A DNA stretch of 64,000 nt from Octopus bimaculoides (taxonomy: Eukaryota), in NCBI RefSeq assembly GCF_001194135.2, contig NC_068997.1, positions 33,852,606-33,916,605 on the forward strand. The letters run 5' to 3'. Position 1 is the first letter of the stretch. Each line of letters opens with the position of its first letter. A program made the position numbers and the translations under genes. Of the stretch, positions 1 through 13,834 are shown one piece after another. The notes under the pieces were generated by a model. It saw nothing but the letters and a program-made list of their open reading frames with translations, did not search any database and was not told the origin of the DNA.

Positions 1-56
1 CCCGTGTCCTCAGCTGCCATTTTTACATAACCGGAATACGTGATTTTGTCTATTAG

Positions 57-1320
57 CTATTGTTTTGATTTTCGAAGGACGGTGAATCTCGGTTGATCGT
101 CCACTTCTTCATAGTCTTCATTATTTCTCCGAGATAGAGATTCATTGTTGTTTTGAGAAAGTTGTCCCTCCTCACCCGATTTAGTTTCTTTTGATCTTTT
201 GTGACATCTTTTTTTTCCCTTTTGTACTTGCCCCAACTGTTTGGATATTATCACTTCTTTGCACCATTATCACTTCTTTGTAACAGAATGATGGAACGAT
301 GCTACTGGTTTATATTGTTAATGGACGAAGGGCAGTCTGCTCGCTTGTTTTAAGGACTAGGTACGAAGTGATCTCTGTCATTTCCAGATCTCTGACTGAT
401 TGTGCCCCGGAAACTGAGGTTTGCTACATTTGTTGCTGCATTTGATGACCTCATCACCTTTGTAATTTTGTTTTCTTCTCTATTGCTTCTAGTTCTTTCA
501 AGCAAAAGTCTCCGAGATAACTCTTATTAATTACATGTGTAGCAACTAGGCTCTTTGTTTTGCATCACCTATTTAATGCTTTTTGTCTTAGTGCTTTTAC
601 CTGGGCACAGATCCAGTACGTTCTTCTAGCCTTCGAGGGTCTTTAGAACTCGCAAATACATTTTGATGCCATTTGGTCACAATTCATCTTGCTCGTAATA
701 CGATACAAAGTAACTACTAGCCACAGATTCACATCGTTTTTAATATCCCTTATCGTCGCTCATATATTTTTCTCTTCTATATACTGGAACACCGGTTTGT
801 GGATTATGGATTATCTAACAACATTTCATCCGGTGTTTTGACGGAGTCTTCGTTCTTGAAAGTGCTACAGACTGTTTGTACCATGAATTTATCTTTTCCA
901 CTGAGAGAACTTTTGAAATTTCATACTCCTACTTTTTAAAAAGTCGGGATATATAATTTTTCTTTGCTTTTTCTTTTAGATTAGAGTCTTCAGCAAAGAC
1001 GCAGATTCTTGCAACTAACTTTTCTCGAGATTTCTGTAAAATCTAAAAGTTCCGTTTCTGTCTTGACAGAGACAGAACTGGCTTCAACAAAGTTCTATAT
1101 GAACGAATTAATATGCTTGTTTCTGTGCGAGTATTGTTGTTGCTGTTACCGCTATTTTCAAAGCTGTCCGTTAGACTGTTCAAAATATTTTCTTCTATTA
1201 ATTGTTCATTAAAAAGTTCATTATTCCCTCTTTTTGTTAATTTTGTGGTACCATTCGTTTCTAACCCGCCCTTTTCGACTTCTTTACTTTTGTAATATTT
1301 TCTTTGTACGACGTGCGTAT
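57..1320 (-). mobile_element. Possible degenerate gag-like ORF1 of a non-LTR retrotransposon
   Basis: Purine-rich coding-like minus strand with many stops. It has two zinc-knuckle-like remnants (PSCYTCN; KCSKPQFPGHNQSE) and a basic low-complexity C-terminus. No decisive motif. Confidence 0.3.
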
Positions 1321-2002
1321 CTGCCAGATATTTTGATGTGAAGTGTGGTGAAAATGTGGAAGCAAATAAAATAAAGTCTGTAAAAACAAACGTTTATTTG
1401 TCTAACCACATGTATCGGGACGGGCTATCCTTTTTGGCAAGTACCCCGAAATATTTTCATTTGGTAATGATTGAAGAAAGTCGTGTTTCAGAGAGAGAAG
1501 AAAAATATGTGTTCACGCTACGAGAGTCAATAATAATAATAATGATAATGATGATGGTGATGATGAAGATGATGATGATGATGATGATGATGATGATAAT
1601 AATTATTATTATAATTACTATTATTATAATGACGATTATGGTAATGATGATAACGACGACCACGATACTGATAAAAAGACAGGACTCTCCCCCGATCTTA
1701 GCTTTTGTTTTTGATGTTTTTATCGAATATGCATCGGTTAAAAGAAACAATATTTATAGAAAAATAACGTCATCCTCAAGAGCTGCTTAATATAGATTAT
1801 ACTTTCAGTGTACAAAGATAATATGCACGCGTCTCACCTACTTCTTTCTTCTATCGCAGCCCTCATAATATGGTCTTAGGAAGTGGGGTGAAAGGTAAAA
1901 ACAAAACTAAGGCTGAATAAGGGTCAGAAAACGTGGTCAAGTCAGCATCAAAATTACAGGGAAGTTTGGACTTATATGTACGATTATTTATGTCTTTTAT
2001 CT

Positions 2003-2451
<449 letters not shown>

Positions 2452-3100
2452 CAAATTAACAGAAAACAAAAGACGAAGACAGGTGGGGGAACAACAAGCA
2501 GCTGTATTAGTTTGATGCTCGAGAAGTCTTCGACGTTTCGTGCCTACGCTCTTCGACAATGTGCAAACGTTTGTGTATAGCAGTTGATGTGTGGTTTGTT
2601 CGAGTGATGTGTGCACGTGTGTGTGTGTGTGTTAATGCATGGAGTGTGTGTATGTGTGTGTGTGTTAGTGCATGGAGTGTGCGTGTGTGTGTGTATGTAT
2701 GTATGTGTGACCCTATAGTGTGTATGTGTATTGTGTATGTTTATGCGCGAAAGTTGTGCGTTTTTGCGTGTGTTGATTGTCAGTGTTCAGGCATCTTGTG
2801 CGCATGTGCATTGTGTGTGCTTTTTGTAGTGAATACTGCGCGTTGTGTGGGAATGCATAGAGGTGCAAGGTGGGAAAGGGATGACGAGAGATAGGAATTA
2901 GGAGGTGTTGGGTGTTAGTGTGTGTGGAGTGGGAAGGTGTGTGTGAATGCATGTACATGTGAGTGTGTGTGGAAGTGTGCATAATAGTGTGTGGTGTGGG
3001 TACTGAGTTGAACAATGTGCAGGAGTGTTCATCTAGTGGTGTGCGTGGTGAGGATATTGGATATATATAATATATATATATATATTTTATATATTTTATT

Positions 3101-3283
3101 CTTTTACTTGTTTCAGTCATTTGGACTGCGATCATGCTGGAGTACCGCCTGTAGTCGAACGAATCAAACCCAAGATTTATTCTTTCTAAGCCTGGTACTT
3201 ATTCTATTGGTCTCTTGCCGAACTGGTAAGTTTCGGTGACGTAAACACACCAACAATGGTTATCAAGCGATGGCAGACACACA

Positions 3284-3330
<47 letters not shown>

Positions 3331-3496
3331 CACACACACACACGACGGGGTTCTTTCAGTTTCTGTCTACCAAATTCACTCACAAGGCTTTGATCGACGC
3401 GAAACTATAATAGAAGACACTTGCCCAAGGTGCCACGCAGAGGGACTCAACCCAGATCCATGTGGTTGGGAAGCAAGCTTCTTACCAAACAGCCAC
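3101..3496 (-). mobile_element. tRNA-derived SINE family A, full-length copy
   Basis: Head GTGGCTG...GGTAAG...GGGTTGAGTCC with A/B-box-like motifs, internal (TG)n and the shared 3' tail. Many other copies occur in the window. Confidence 0.9.
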
Positions 3497-4862
3497 GATA
3501 TATATCCTTTAAGTTCGTTTATGTGAAACGTTTTTGAGTGCATTCATAAAAAGCCCCTATGCTATTTATTCCGGCTACCAGTTATTACTTTCATCTTTCA
3601 GAGTAATTTTATGGGATGGCTATCAGCTTGGTACCGCTATAGCGCAGGATAAATTTAGTAATAACGAGAACTTTACAGCAGTGTTTGGAAGCAACGTGTG
3701 TAGCGTGTATTCGTCGCATTGACCAAGACAGAGGAAGTTGGATTGGATCTGTAGTCTCCGAATCAGATTTCTCCTTTCTGGTTTGAGAAGCCTAATTTCA
3801 CAAGATTGGTATGTATGTATGTATGTATGTATGTATGTATGTATGTATGTATGTATGTATGCATGCATGCATGTATGTATGTACGTTNNNNNNNNNNNNN
3901 NNNNNNNNNNNNNNNNNNNNNNNNNNNNNNNNNNNNNNNNNNNNNNNNNNNNNNNNNNNNNNNNNNNNNNNNNNNNNNNNNNNNNNNNNNNNNNNNNNNN
4001 NNNNNNNNNNNNNNNNNNNNNNNNNNNNNNNNNNNNNNNNNNNNNNNNNNNNNNNNNNNNNNNNNNNNNNNNNNNNNNNNNNNNNNNNNNNNNNNNNNNN
4101 NNNNNNNNNNNNNNNNNNNNNNNNNNNNNNNNNNNNNNNNNACAAGATTGGTATGTATGTATGTATGTATGTATGTATGTATGTATGTATGTATGTATGT
4201 ATGCATGCATGCATGTATGTATGTACGTTCATATGTGTGTGTATGTGTATAGAAAAATAATTAAAAAGAGAATGGCCCTACGCCATTCTCTTTACAATTA
4301 TTTTATTAAACGATTTCCAAATAAATTTTAAAGTAGAGAATCTATATTTTAATCTAATCCTTTAAATTTGGTTTCTTAGACGGACAAGAGCTGTCGTTAT
4401 AATTGTTTAATCTCACTTTGTACTGGCAGATACAGGGAACAGATTAACGTTTGAAGACCCAAAGCAATTCGGTAGACAAAGTGCATGTAACAATAAATGT
4501 GAATGCATGTGATTTCAAACAACCTTACATGGGGATGGTATAGATTTTAAGAATTCAGAGGATTAAGGTGTCCCGCAAAAATCTCAGTGATTAAAAAACA
4601 AAACGAAAGAACTAAAATTTACGGTATTATAAGGCTTTGAAGCACACAAACGGAGAGCGTAATGCGGACGTGCATACTCGTAAACGCTCGTCTCATTTAG
4701 TATTTCTTTATTTCATCCAGTTGCATTAAATAGTCAAATATGAAATTATTGATTATTCATGAGGTTGTCGGAAGCTTACCTCTGCTGTTTATTGCTCACC
4801 AAACACTGAACACAATCTAATATCGAATGTTTACAATTACTGTTGGAATATTAGAAATCACC

Positions 4863-5062
4863 AAGGCGGTGAGTTGGCAGAATCGTTACCGCGCCAGGCA
4901 AAATGCTTAGCAGCAGTTCATCCGTCTTTATGTTCTGAGTTCAAATGCCGCCAGGGTCGACTTTGTCTTTCATCCCTTTCGGGTTCCATAAAATCAGTAC
5001 CAGTTGAACTCTGGGCGCGATTTTAAGGGACCCAATCCCACCTTGTGCTAAAATTTGAAACC
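4863..5062 (+). mobile_element. tRNA-derived SINE family B with TSD
   Basis: Head GGCGGTGAGTTGGCAGAATCG...GAGTTCAAAT. Direct repeat AATATTAGAAA at 4847-4857 and 5063-5073. Confidence 0.88.
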
Positions 5063-5812
5063 AATATTAGAAACCAACGCCAGATTACAGAAAATAAGAA
5101 GTAAAATAGTCCTGTCCTTCTCGAACGCTGGAACATAATTTGGACATTAAAGTCGTTTTCAGTTGATGTCCAGGACTGTCAGAGCTCGGATGAACGAGTC
5201 TACAGGGTAGAAGACACTTATTTTAAAGACTGGCCATCGATACTTAACTCTCAAATAAGTATGACTATCTGTTGTGACGTAACCGCAGAATTAAAGAGTA
5301 TTTGAACTTCATTTACTTCCACAGGAAAAGTCATCAGCGATAGACCATCGTTGTATCCAAGGGAAACTTATCTTTTTTATACTTACAAGATCGAAGATTA
5401 GAATAATCCCCAACGACTATTATGATTTGTAAAAGGATTAGTTAACTATCAGTTAGTGATAGCTAATTGAACTTCATTAGTTACATGATAATTATCTTGC
5501 TTAAAGCTATGATTGTATTTCTGCATGCATCATTTATCAGATAGGTGGATTATATTTCTCCATTTTCTTAGTTTATAATTTGAAAGACTACATTTTCCTA
5601 ACAACATTCTCAGATAAGCGGAATAGACGAAACAGAATTGTTTCTGCCAGTGAACAGCATCATATATTCTCACACCTCTTCATACACTAAAAACGTCATC
5701 CAGCTACTTTCTTCTGTATCCTGTACAAAATAAATGGCGGTCTCAAGCAGAATATGAGTTCGGACATGAATAGCTCAGGTTTCAAGACAATATAAAGAGA
5801 AATTCTTCTTAC

Positions 5813-6074
5813 CCGATCGCACTGAACAGTGAATGTGGCTTCTTGACTCGTAGTAAACCCAGTCAAAGCCTGCTTCCACAGCTAAACGCGCCAGCATCCC
5901 ATAGCGTGATCGAACTCGATCACTAGTAGTTATGTCCACTGCTCGACCCTCGTAGTGAAGTGATGTGGGTGCATGGTGGCCCTGTGTATCCCAAGCTTCA
6001 GTCACGCGTAATTTTACTCCAGGCCATTCATTCATGACAGCAATAGCCAGGGTGTTTAGCTTGTCTTTACATCT
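5813..6074 (-). CDS. hh: Hedgehog, internal coding exon (exon 2 equivalent), N-terminal signalling domain
   Basis: Translates [87 protein letters not shown], unmistakably Hh-N. Acceptor TCTTTTTACCCTTTCAG ends at 6075 (phase 0); donor G|GTAAG at 5812 (phase 1). Both intron positions match the conserved Hh exon 2. Zn-site motifs [14 protein letters not shown] and HIHC are intact. Confidence 0.97.
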
Positions 6075-6136
6075 CTGAAAGGGTAAAAAGACAATAATAA
6101 TAATAATGGTGAGGATGATGATGATGATAATAATGG

Positions 6137-6206
<70 letters not shown>

Positions 6207-6227
6207 GCAGTGGCGCTCTTGGCCTCT

Positions 6228-6580
6228 GATCTTAACTGGTTGGAAGTGTTATCATGCACATTTTTTTGTCTTGGTATAAAAGATAGGCTACAGTAAATAT
6301 TCTGCTCAATTCCACAGAGTTGCTTGTCAGTTGTTTGACCTTAACCAGTTGAGCATGTCCCTTGGTGGCTGAAGCTATGTGCATCTCTAATCACGAGCAG
6401 AAGTAGTGGGGGAGCATCATAGCCATGTGTTGAGAGGAATTATTTGGGGTTTGAATAATTCATGCCTGGAAACATGGGTTTTTCGTTCAGCATCCTTAAA
6501 CAAACCTTATTCAGAGACCTAATGAGCGGGTTGGGCTACTCAACCTGAAGAAAATTCTAACTGGGCCCCACCTGCGAGGG
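6228..6580 (+). repeat. Unclassified interspersed repeat family D
   Basis: About 350 bp matching the reverse complement of about 60780-61135. Confidence 0.8.
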
Positions 6581-6584
6581 TAAA

Positions 6585-7841
6585 ACTGATTATGAAAACA
6601 GAACTGAATTTCCAGAATAGGATTCAAGCCATTAATTCACTTGCTGTCCTAGTGGTACTGTACAGTTATAATCTAATTAAATGGAATATAAATGAACTCC
6701 AACGAATGAACACCAAAACGAGAAAACTAATGACAGTAAACAGGATGCATCATCCAAAAACTGATGTTCATAGAATCTACGTTCTCCGGAAAGGGGGTGG
6801 TAGAGGCCTCATCCATTAGAATTATCCTACAAAACCACTACAAAAGGATACATCTAGGATAACTACTACAAAAAGAGAGCAAAAGCTACATTCTGTCATT
6901 AAAGAGGTATAGAAGTATAAAAGAGAACCAAACTTAAATGTAAATGAAGCTGCCAAAGCTGCAATAGTGACAGAAGTAGCAAAATACGACAAAGAAGATT
7001 TGGAAAAGCTTATAAACAAATGGCAAGAGAAATAATCGCACCATGGTTAAAATTCCAAACGAACAAGGGAAGCATATATAGATAAAGAAAGAACACATCA
7101 GTGGTTGTGAAGTTTAGGGATAAAGGCAGAATCTGAAGGTTTTATAATAGCAGTTTAGGATCAATCTCTACTCACACCAAATTACGAAGCAAACGTTCAA
7201 CACAATGGTCCAAACCCAAACTGTAGACTGTGTTATAAAAGTATTGAAACCATCGACTACATTGTGGATGCCTGGTTTAAACTCGCAATATCCGAGTACA
7301 AAACCAGACATGATCGAATAGGGCAGTACTACATTGGAATATCTGTTGCCATTCCAAAGAACTGGTATGAACATCACCGGAAACCAATCACAAAAGGTAA
7401 TAGAGTTATTTTTCTGTGGGACTTTACCATCCATACTGACGGACAAATAAATACAAATAGACCTGATATTATTACCAAAGATCACCGACAAAATGCCTGC
7501 TAACTAATAGCTTTCACAGAACTAGCTGATCGAAGTATTTCAGTCAAAGAATTCGAAGAGTTAGCTAAATACAAGGACCTCGAAATAGAAATCAGCAGAA
7601 TGTGGGAGTTGCAAACAAAACCTCCACCGGTAGTAGTAGGAGCTCTAGGCATATCTAAAAAAGGGTCTTCGATATTTATTGATAAAATATCTGGAAAATC
7701 AAATATACAGGATGTCCAAAAGTTTGCACTAACCGGTACAGTCCACCACTTGAAACAATTCCTATCATTATAACATTGTTACTAGTCTTAGGTCTCAGAT
7801 AGAAACACGGGTAGTAACTAAAATGCCCCGAAATCAAGCTA
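6585..7841 (+). mobile_element. R4/Dong-type non-LTR retrotransposon, 5'-truncated and degenerate
   Basis: Post-RT motif AINSLAV...KTRKLMT...HHPKTDVHRIY...GGGRGL, CCHC remnant, restriction-like endonuclease motifs RPDII and KYKDLEIEISRMW, and a (TAA)n tail from about 7841. Confidence 0.9.
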
Positions 7842-7861
7842 TAATAATAATAATAATAATG

Positions 7862-7925
<64 letters not shown>

Positions 7926-7927
<2 letters not shown>

Positions 7928-8580
7928 TCTTTATCGGTCACCAGGGCCGAACACAAAACATGGAGGATGATACACAGATGAGGGACAGGGAGGTTAAGCG
8001 TGTAAACAGCAAACAAACACAACAATTAACAAAGCGGGGGAGGAGTTCCAACGTAAGGTGACCAAAGAGACCTCACGCACTTTGGACCCCTTAACACCAA
8101 AGGCACCTCAGGAAGTTACCCTCTCTTCTCCCTTCCATCCGGCCTACAGTCGCACACTTAGAGTAGGCCCATTTACGCGGGCCATTGTTGCCACATTCAC
8201 CCACTTTTCAACGAACTTACTGAGTGATAGTACCTCTCTCTCCAGCCTCACTTTCCTTTTCAGGTGGAGCCTGAAAAAATCAATGAGGCCTTTGCCAAAG
8301 AGGAAGGTACCCGTCTTCAACTCTTTCAATCGCATCCACCACACAACCTCTTTTGCCATAGCCACCAGACAGAAAAAATTGCCCTCCCTTCCTGGGCAAA
8401 GGAAGGAGGCGGCGCGATTTTCACAATGGACTCGGACGATAGGTGGATATGTCCTACACGTGACAATAACTGTTCGACAAAGCTCCACAAGTCAGCAATG
8501 CGCGGTCACAGTAATAATGATTATCCCGAGACCATAATGTATTGGGAGGAGGACCACTTTAGCCTTGGCCGGTAGTTTCT
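7926..8580 (-). mobile_element. Tx1/L1-type LINE 3' fragment
   Basis: ORF 8144-8488 (EGNFFCLVAMAKEVVWWMR...LIDFFRLHLKRKVRLER...KWVNVATMARV) is homologous to the 3' end of the long element at 33615-37920. Confidence 0.85.
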
Positions 8581-8759
8581 CCTTAAAGATGGTGTCATGA
8601 TAAAAATAGCGTTTGTTGCTTCACCTCACTACAGATAAAAATTCATATCACAACTGAATCAATAAGACTGGATCTCCAAGCAAAGACCTCTCGCACAGCA
8701 AGTATCCAATTCAATTTTACAGAATAATGAACCTATTGCTTATACAACTACTGTTGCAA

Positions 8760-9984
8760 GGATTCGGTGAAGGTGGTCTCAAAGTAACAACAAAATCTTT
8801 ATGGGATATTACTACAGGAGCAAGCCGGGCAAAATAGGATACAGAAAAAGAATGCGTAAAATATGAATAGAGGGGGACATGTTCCTCGCAACAGAACAAA
8901 GATTTCTGAAAAAAAGTTGTAATTCCAGTTGGAAGAGATTGTCAACAGACTGAAAGAAGTAAAATATGATTACATAGGAGAAAAATCGAACCAGAAATAG
9001 AAGAAAGATCAATGAGGAAAAAAGAAGTAGTGAGGGTGAAAATAAATTTTACTTGATGGAGGTAAAGGAAATTACAGAAGAGAAAAGAAGCATACTTCAA
9101 CAGAATGAGGTGACCAGCTTCGAAAATATATAAGCAGTATAGAGACTCGTTAAACTATTAGCGAAAATCAAAGTTGTGAATGTAACAGACGTTAATGTGT
9201 GCAGCCTCTGTTACTGTAGACATTCATGGAGTCGGAAGTCGAGCAAAGTTCATGGTGGGAATAGAGACTTGAAAATCAAGTTGAACAGCTCATTAGAGAT
9301 CTTGGAGGGTAAGACAATGAAGGAAACATAAGGATGAATTCCAAAGAAAGCAAAGTATAAGACACAGAAGCTTTCAGGCAGCTAAAGAGAGAAAAGATAT
9401 AAAGAGAGATATGGCAAAGTCAAGTAAAAGTACTACATATCAACAACGAATAAATAAATATCAGTAGATCAAAAATTTTGAGAAACAATAGAAGGGAATT
9501 GTATCAACAGCCGAATAATGAGGATGGACATCAAGAGAATGATATACCAAATGCTGAAGTAGTAAGGAAATTTTGGCTGGATAAGTCGATTACATCGACT
9601 CCAGTGTTCAACTGGTGCTTATTTTACCGACTCCGAAAGGAGGAGAGGCAAAGTCGACCTCCGCGGAATTTGAACTCAGAACATAAAGACAGACGAAATA
9701 TTGCTCGTCAGTATTGCCTGGCGTCTAAGAGAGGGTTAAAATAATAGAAAAGAAAGATGTTTAAAAAGATACTAAGCTGGTAAGCGTCTGGATCCGATGA
9801 TATTAAGGCATTCTAGTTTTAAAATCTCACAAGCATACACTGTACTAAAAGTTCTTACAGATTGTAAGAACAATCATCACTTTGGATGACAAAAGAAAAG
9901 GCAGTTTTAATACAAGAGATATATAGAGAGAGAAAGAGAGGGAGAGAGAGAAAGAGAGAGAGAGAGAGGGAGAAAGAGAGAGAG

Positions 9985-10067
<83 letters not shown>

Positions 10068-10896
10068 CGGAGGAAGTCAGTGATTGTAAGCCTATTATAT
10101 GCTTATCATTGCTCTGGAAATTGCTAACTGGTCTCAAAGCAGATGGTTTGTATATCTGACGAAAGAGAAACTTTTACCAGAAGAGTAAAAAAGGAATGCA
10201 GAATGAAAACAAAGAGGGACTACTGATTTATTGTATAAGGATTACAATGATATACAAAATGAATTGTGGATAAGAAAGAACTTAACTGTGTGGAAAAGGG
10301 AACGAAAATATTAGCCATCTAAGCGAGTGCAGTAAGCTGATACAAAAAAGTATAAACAAAAAAGTATAACTCTGTTGGTAAAATAATGCATTAAGATGTT
10401 AAGCAAGCCTGTGGATTTGAAATACCGGAAACACGAACCAGACGCTGTTAAGGTGAATAGTAATTACAAGATTATGGAATTTCACTCTGGAAACTGATCA
10501 TATTATTGAAGCAAGGAGACCGGATATAATCGCGGTACCCGGCGAATAATCAGTTTTTGCAACTTCATATGATAATTGAGTGGATATGAAGGAAACTTAG
10601 AAAATTGAGAAATATCAGGGCCTCGCCAGAGAGATGAAGGGAATGTGGAGAACAAGAGTGAAAATTATTTGTGGCAATTGCTGCATTCAGCACAATGTCC
10701 TAACTGCTACTACTCGAGTTACCCAGACTGCTGATTAATATTAAAATTGAGACGTGTTGCTGACCCGTAGATAAAAGCCATCCTTTTATTCTGCAAGAAA
10801 CCCAAGAAAGATTTTTGAGATTTGAGGAGACTTGTTGTCACCAAATCTTACGATAACATTTATATTAACATTTAAATTAGCATGTAATAGTATTTG

Positions 10897-10898
<2 letters not shown>
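8760..10898 (+). mobile_element. R4/Dong-type element, internally deleted and degenerate, interrupted by a SINE and (GA)n
   Basis: N-terminal YYRSKPGKIGYRKRM, RT-proximal remnants (KPIICLSLLWKLLTG), RLE motif IEARRPDII, and a (TAA)n tail at about 10899. Confidence 0.8.
9585..9730 (-). mobile_element. SINE family B, degenerate
   Basis: Matches the family B body (GGCAAAGTCGACCTCCGCGGAATTTGAACTCAGAAC on plus). Confidence 0.8.
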
Positions 10899-10958
<60 letters not shown>

Positions 10959-11395
10959 TAATTAGAAGAATAGAAAAATAAGCAGACAAGAACTAAGAAA
11001 TTATTGTTTTATTTAGCCACAGAAAAAGATCAGCTTCCGAGATTATTGAGGTCATTGCCCTTAAAACTACAAAAGAACGCTTGCAAAAAAAATTCGTACG
11101 TACGAAATATTAATATAATTAAATGTATAGAATATTTAATTGAGAAATTTATTTTAAAATGCCTGAACAAAAGAAGATTCCTGCTAGAAAGGTCACGAAT
11201 TCTCCATTAAACCTAAACCCTATCACATTGAAGAGTCGGTGCATTGCTTACGTCAGTCTCCTTACTCTCCATTCACTTTTTTTAATAAATACATCTAAAG
11301 GCAAGATTTCCCCCCACTCAGCCAGTTAATTACTCATCTTTATTATATCAGAAATAATTTTCAATCCATTTCAGTTGGGTGCATGCGTCTCGATT

Positions 11396-11439
<44 letters not shown>

Positions 11440-12085
11440 NNNNNNNNNNNNNNNNNNNNNNNNNNNNNNNNNNNNNNNNNNNNNNNNNNNNNNNNNNNNN
11501 NNNNNNNNNNNNNNNNNNNNNNNNNNNNNNNNNNNNNNNNNNNNNNNNNNNNNNNNNNNNNNNNNNNNNNNNNNNNNNNNNNNNNNNNNNNNNNNNNNNN
11601 NNNNNNNNNNNNNNNNNNNNNNNNNNNNNNNNNNNNNNNNNNNNNNNNNNNATATATATATATATATATATACCGAAGTCTTTCGCCATGCTCCCTAATA
11701 TAACGCTTCAACAAACCGAGCGAGACAAGATAAGTGGCAGACATAAAAACAAGTACTGGGCTGAGTATAATCCAGCTAAAAACCTTTCAAGCCAGTGTCT
11801 GTGTTCGACCGCAGTGCAACGACTGAAACAAATAAAACAATGGAATGAAATAAACATCGTTTCAGTCTTCAGCAAATGTTTGGAGATTAGCTGGTGGATT
11901 AGTGACTTAACTCGTATGACTAGTGCTGTGTTATATCCAAAGCACAGACATGTATCACACAATTACCTGTGCAACATGGTCACAAACAGTTACTATTTGA
12001 TGTAAAACACCAATGTATGCAGCAAGCGTCACTGTATCTTTAACAAGTAGTTGATTAGAATAGTATTTAGTTTAACTACTTTTAT

Positions 12086-12480
12086 CTTTTACACATTTTA
12101 GTCATTAGACTGCGGCAATGCTGGAACACCACGTTGAAGAACTTTTAGTCGAATGAATCGCCCCCAATACTTCTTTTTTTTCGTTTTCTTTAAGCTTAGA
12201 ACTTATTCTATCAGGCTCTTTGCCGAGCCGCTAAGTTACGGGGACATAAACGAACCAACACTGGCTGACAAGCGAAGGTGGAAGACAAACACTGACACAA
12301 GCACACACACACATACACACACACATGACGGTCTTCTTTCAGTTTCCCTCCACCAAATCCACTCACATGGTTTTGCTGAGCCCGAGGCTTTAGTAAAAGA
12401 CACTTTCCCACGGTGCCATTCAATAGGACTGAAACCAGAACCACGTGATTGGGAAGCAAACTTCTTAACGCACAGCCACG
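12086..12480 (-). mobile_element. SINE family A copy
   Basis: Same head, body and tail as 3101-3496. Confidence 0.88.
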
Positions 12481-13366
12481 CCCTCGCTTATAGATAAATG
12501 AGCCTCTCCAAACTCACTAGATGAATACAGTAGGGCCTCCACAGTACACTTTGTTAGGGGATTTAGCACTGCAATAGTATGTTTATACATACAGCCAAAG
12601 TAATCTACACGAATATTTGATCTGCAAAAATAGGAGTTACATCTCCATCAAATCAAACCCTGTTGACACAACCCCTCCAAAAAACGTAATAAGTTATTAC
12701 ATAATGTAGCCCTCGATACACTATGTAAAACCAAGAAGGATAATCGCCAAATATTTTTGATCAGAGCTAGCCTGGCGGTAAAGAACAAACACATGCGTTT
12801 AAAGATAATGTAGTAAAATGGGTTGCAGATAGAGAATGTTTAACGTATTAGTAAACGTCATTAACATAGCAAATAGCAAAATACCAGCGGGCAAAACAAC
12901 AAATCAAAGTGGGAACTGAGTGTGAGGTTAAAGGGTTAATAAATTCACAGGTAGCGAACAGTGGCAGTACAAGTTGAAACGGAGGAGAAAATTTCAATTA
13001 TAATTCTTGATTGAAGATTCATTGAAATTTGCCCGCGAACAAAGCTTTGCACTAGCGTGAGTATAGAGTACAATATGATAAAAAAAAAGTAGGACGGCCA
13101 GTAATTTTACATGAACGTATGCATGTACAGTGATACCAACATACACACACACACGCACACACGCACACGCACGCACATACACACACGCACACACACACAC
13201 ACACACATACACACACGCACGCATGCATACACATGTGTACACATGCACAGGTAAGTGTACCTATATGATATAGACTCAGAGGCGCTCTTCGAAGCTGCAG
13301 GCAGAAAAGACAAATTATTCAGCATAAAACCATCAAAGAAGAAATACGCGCGCGCACACACATGCA

Positions 13367-13434
<68 letters not shown>

Positions 13435-13724
13435 GAAATGAAACGAAATACAGAGTTGCCAGTGGCATAAATCTGAACAAAGATGAATAAAGGCATATTA
13501 CATAATATACAACATAAATTCTTGTTTATTTAATTATCTCTGCGTTCACAGAAGGTAGTACAATCGCTTGGTGGCGATTGGTGCCAAATGTAAATGAAGA
13601 GAAGGGAGAGGTAGTCACAAGAACCATGAATCGCCTTTATGATTCCATCGAGAAATTGAGAATTAAAGTCAAACTAAAGCACGCACGCACGCACGCACAT
13701 GCACGCACGCACGCACACGCACAC

Positions 13725-13810
<86 letters not shown>

Positions 13811-13834
13811 ACACACACAGACACACACACACGA

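Noticed and set aside
3801-4228. About 87-bp direct repeat on both sides of an N gap
   Set aside because: Identical sequence flanking a gap is an assembly overlap artefact, not a biological duplication.
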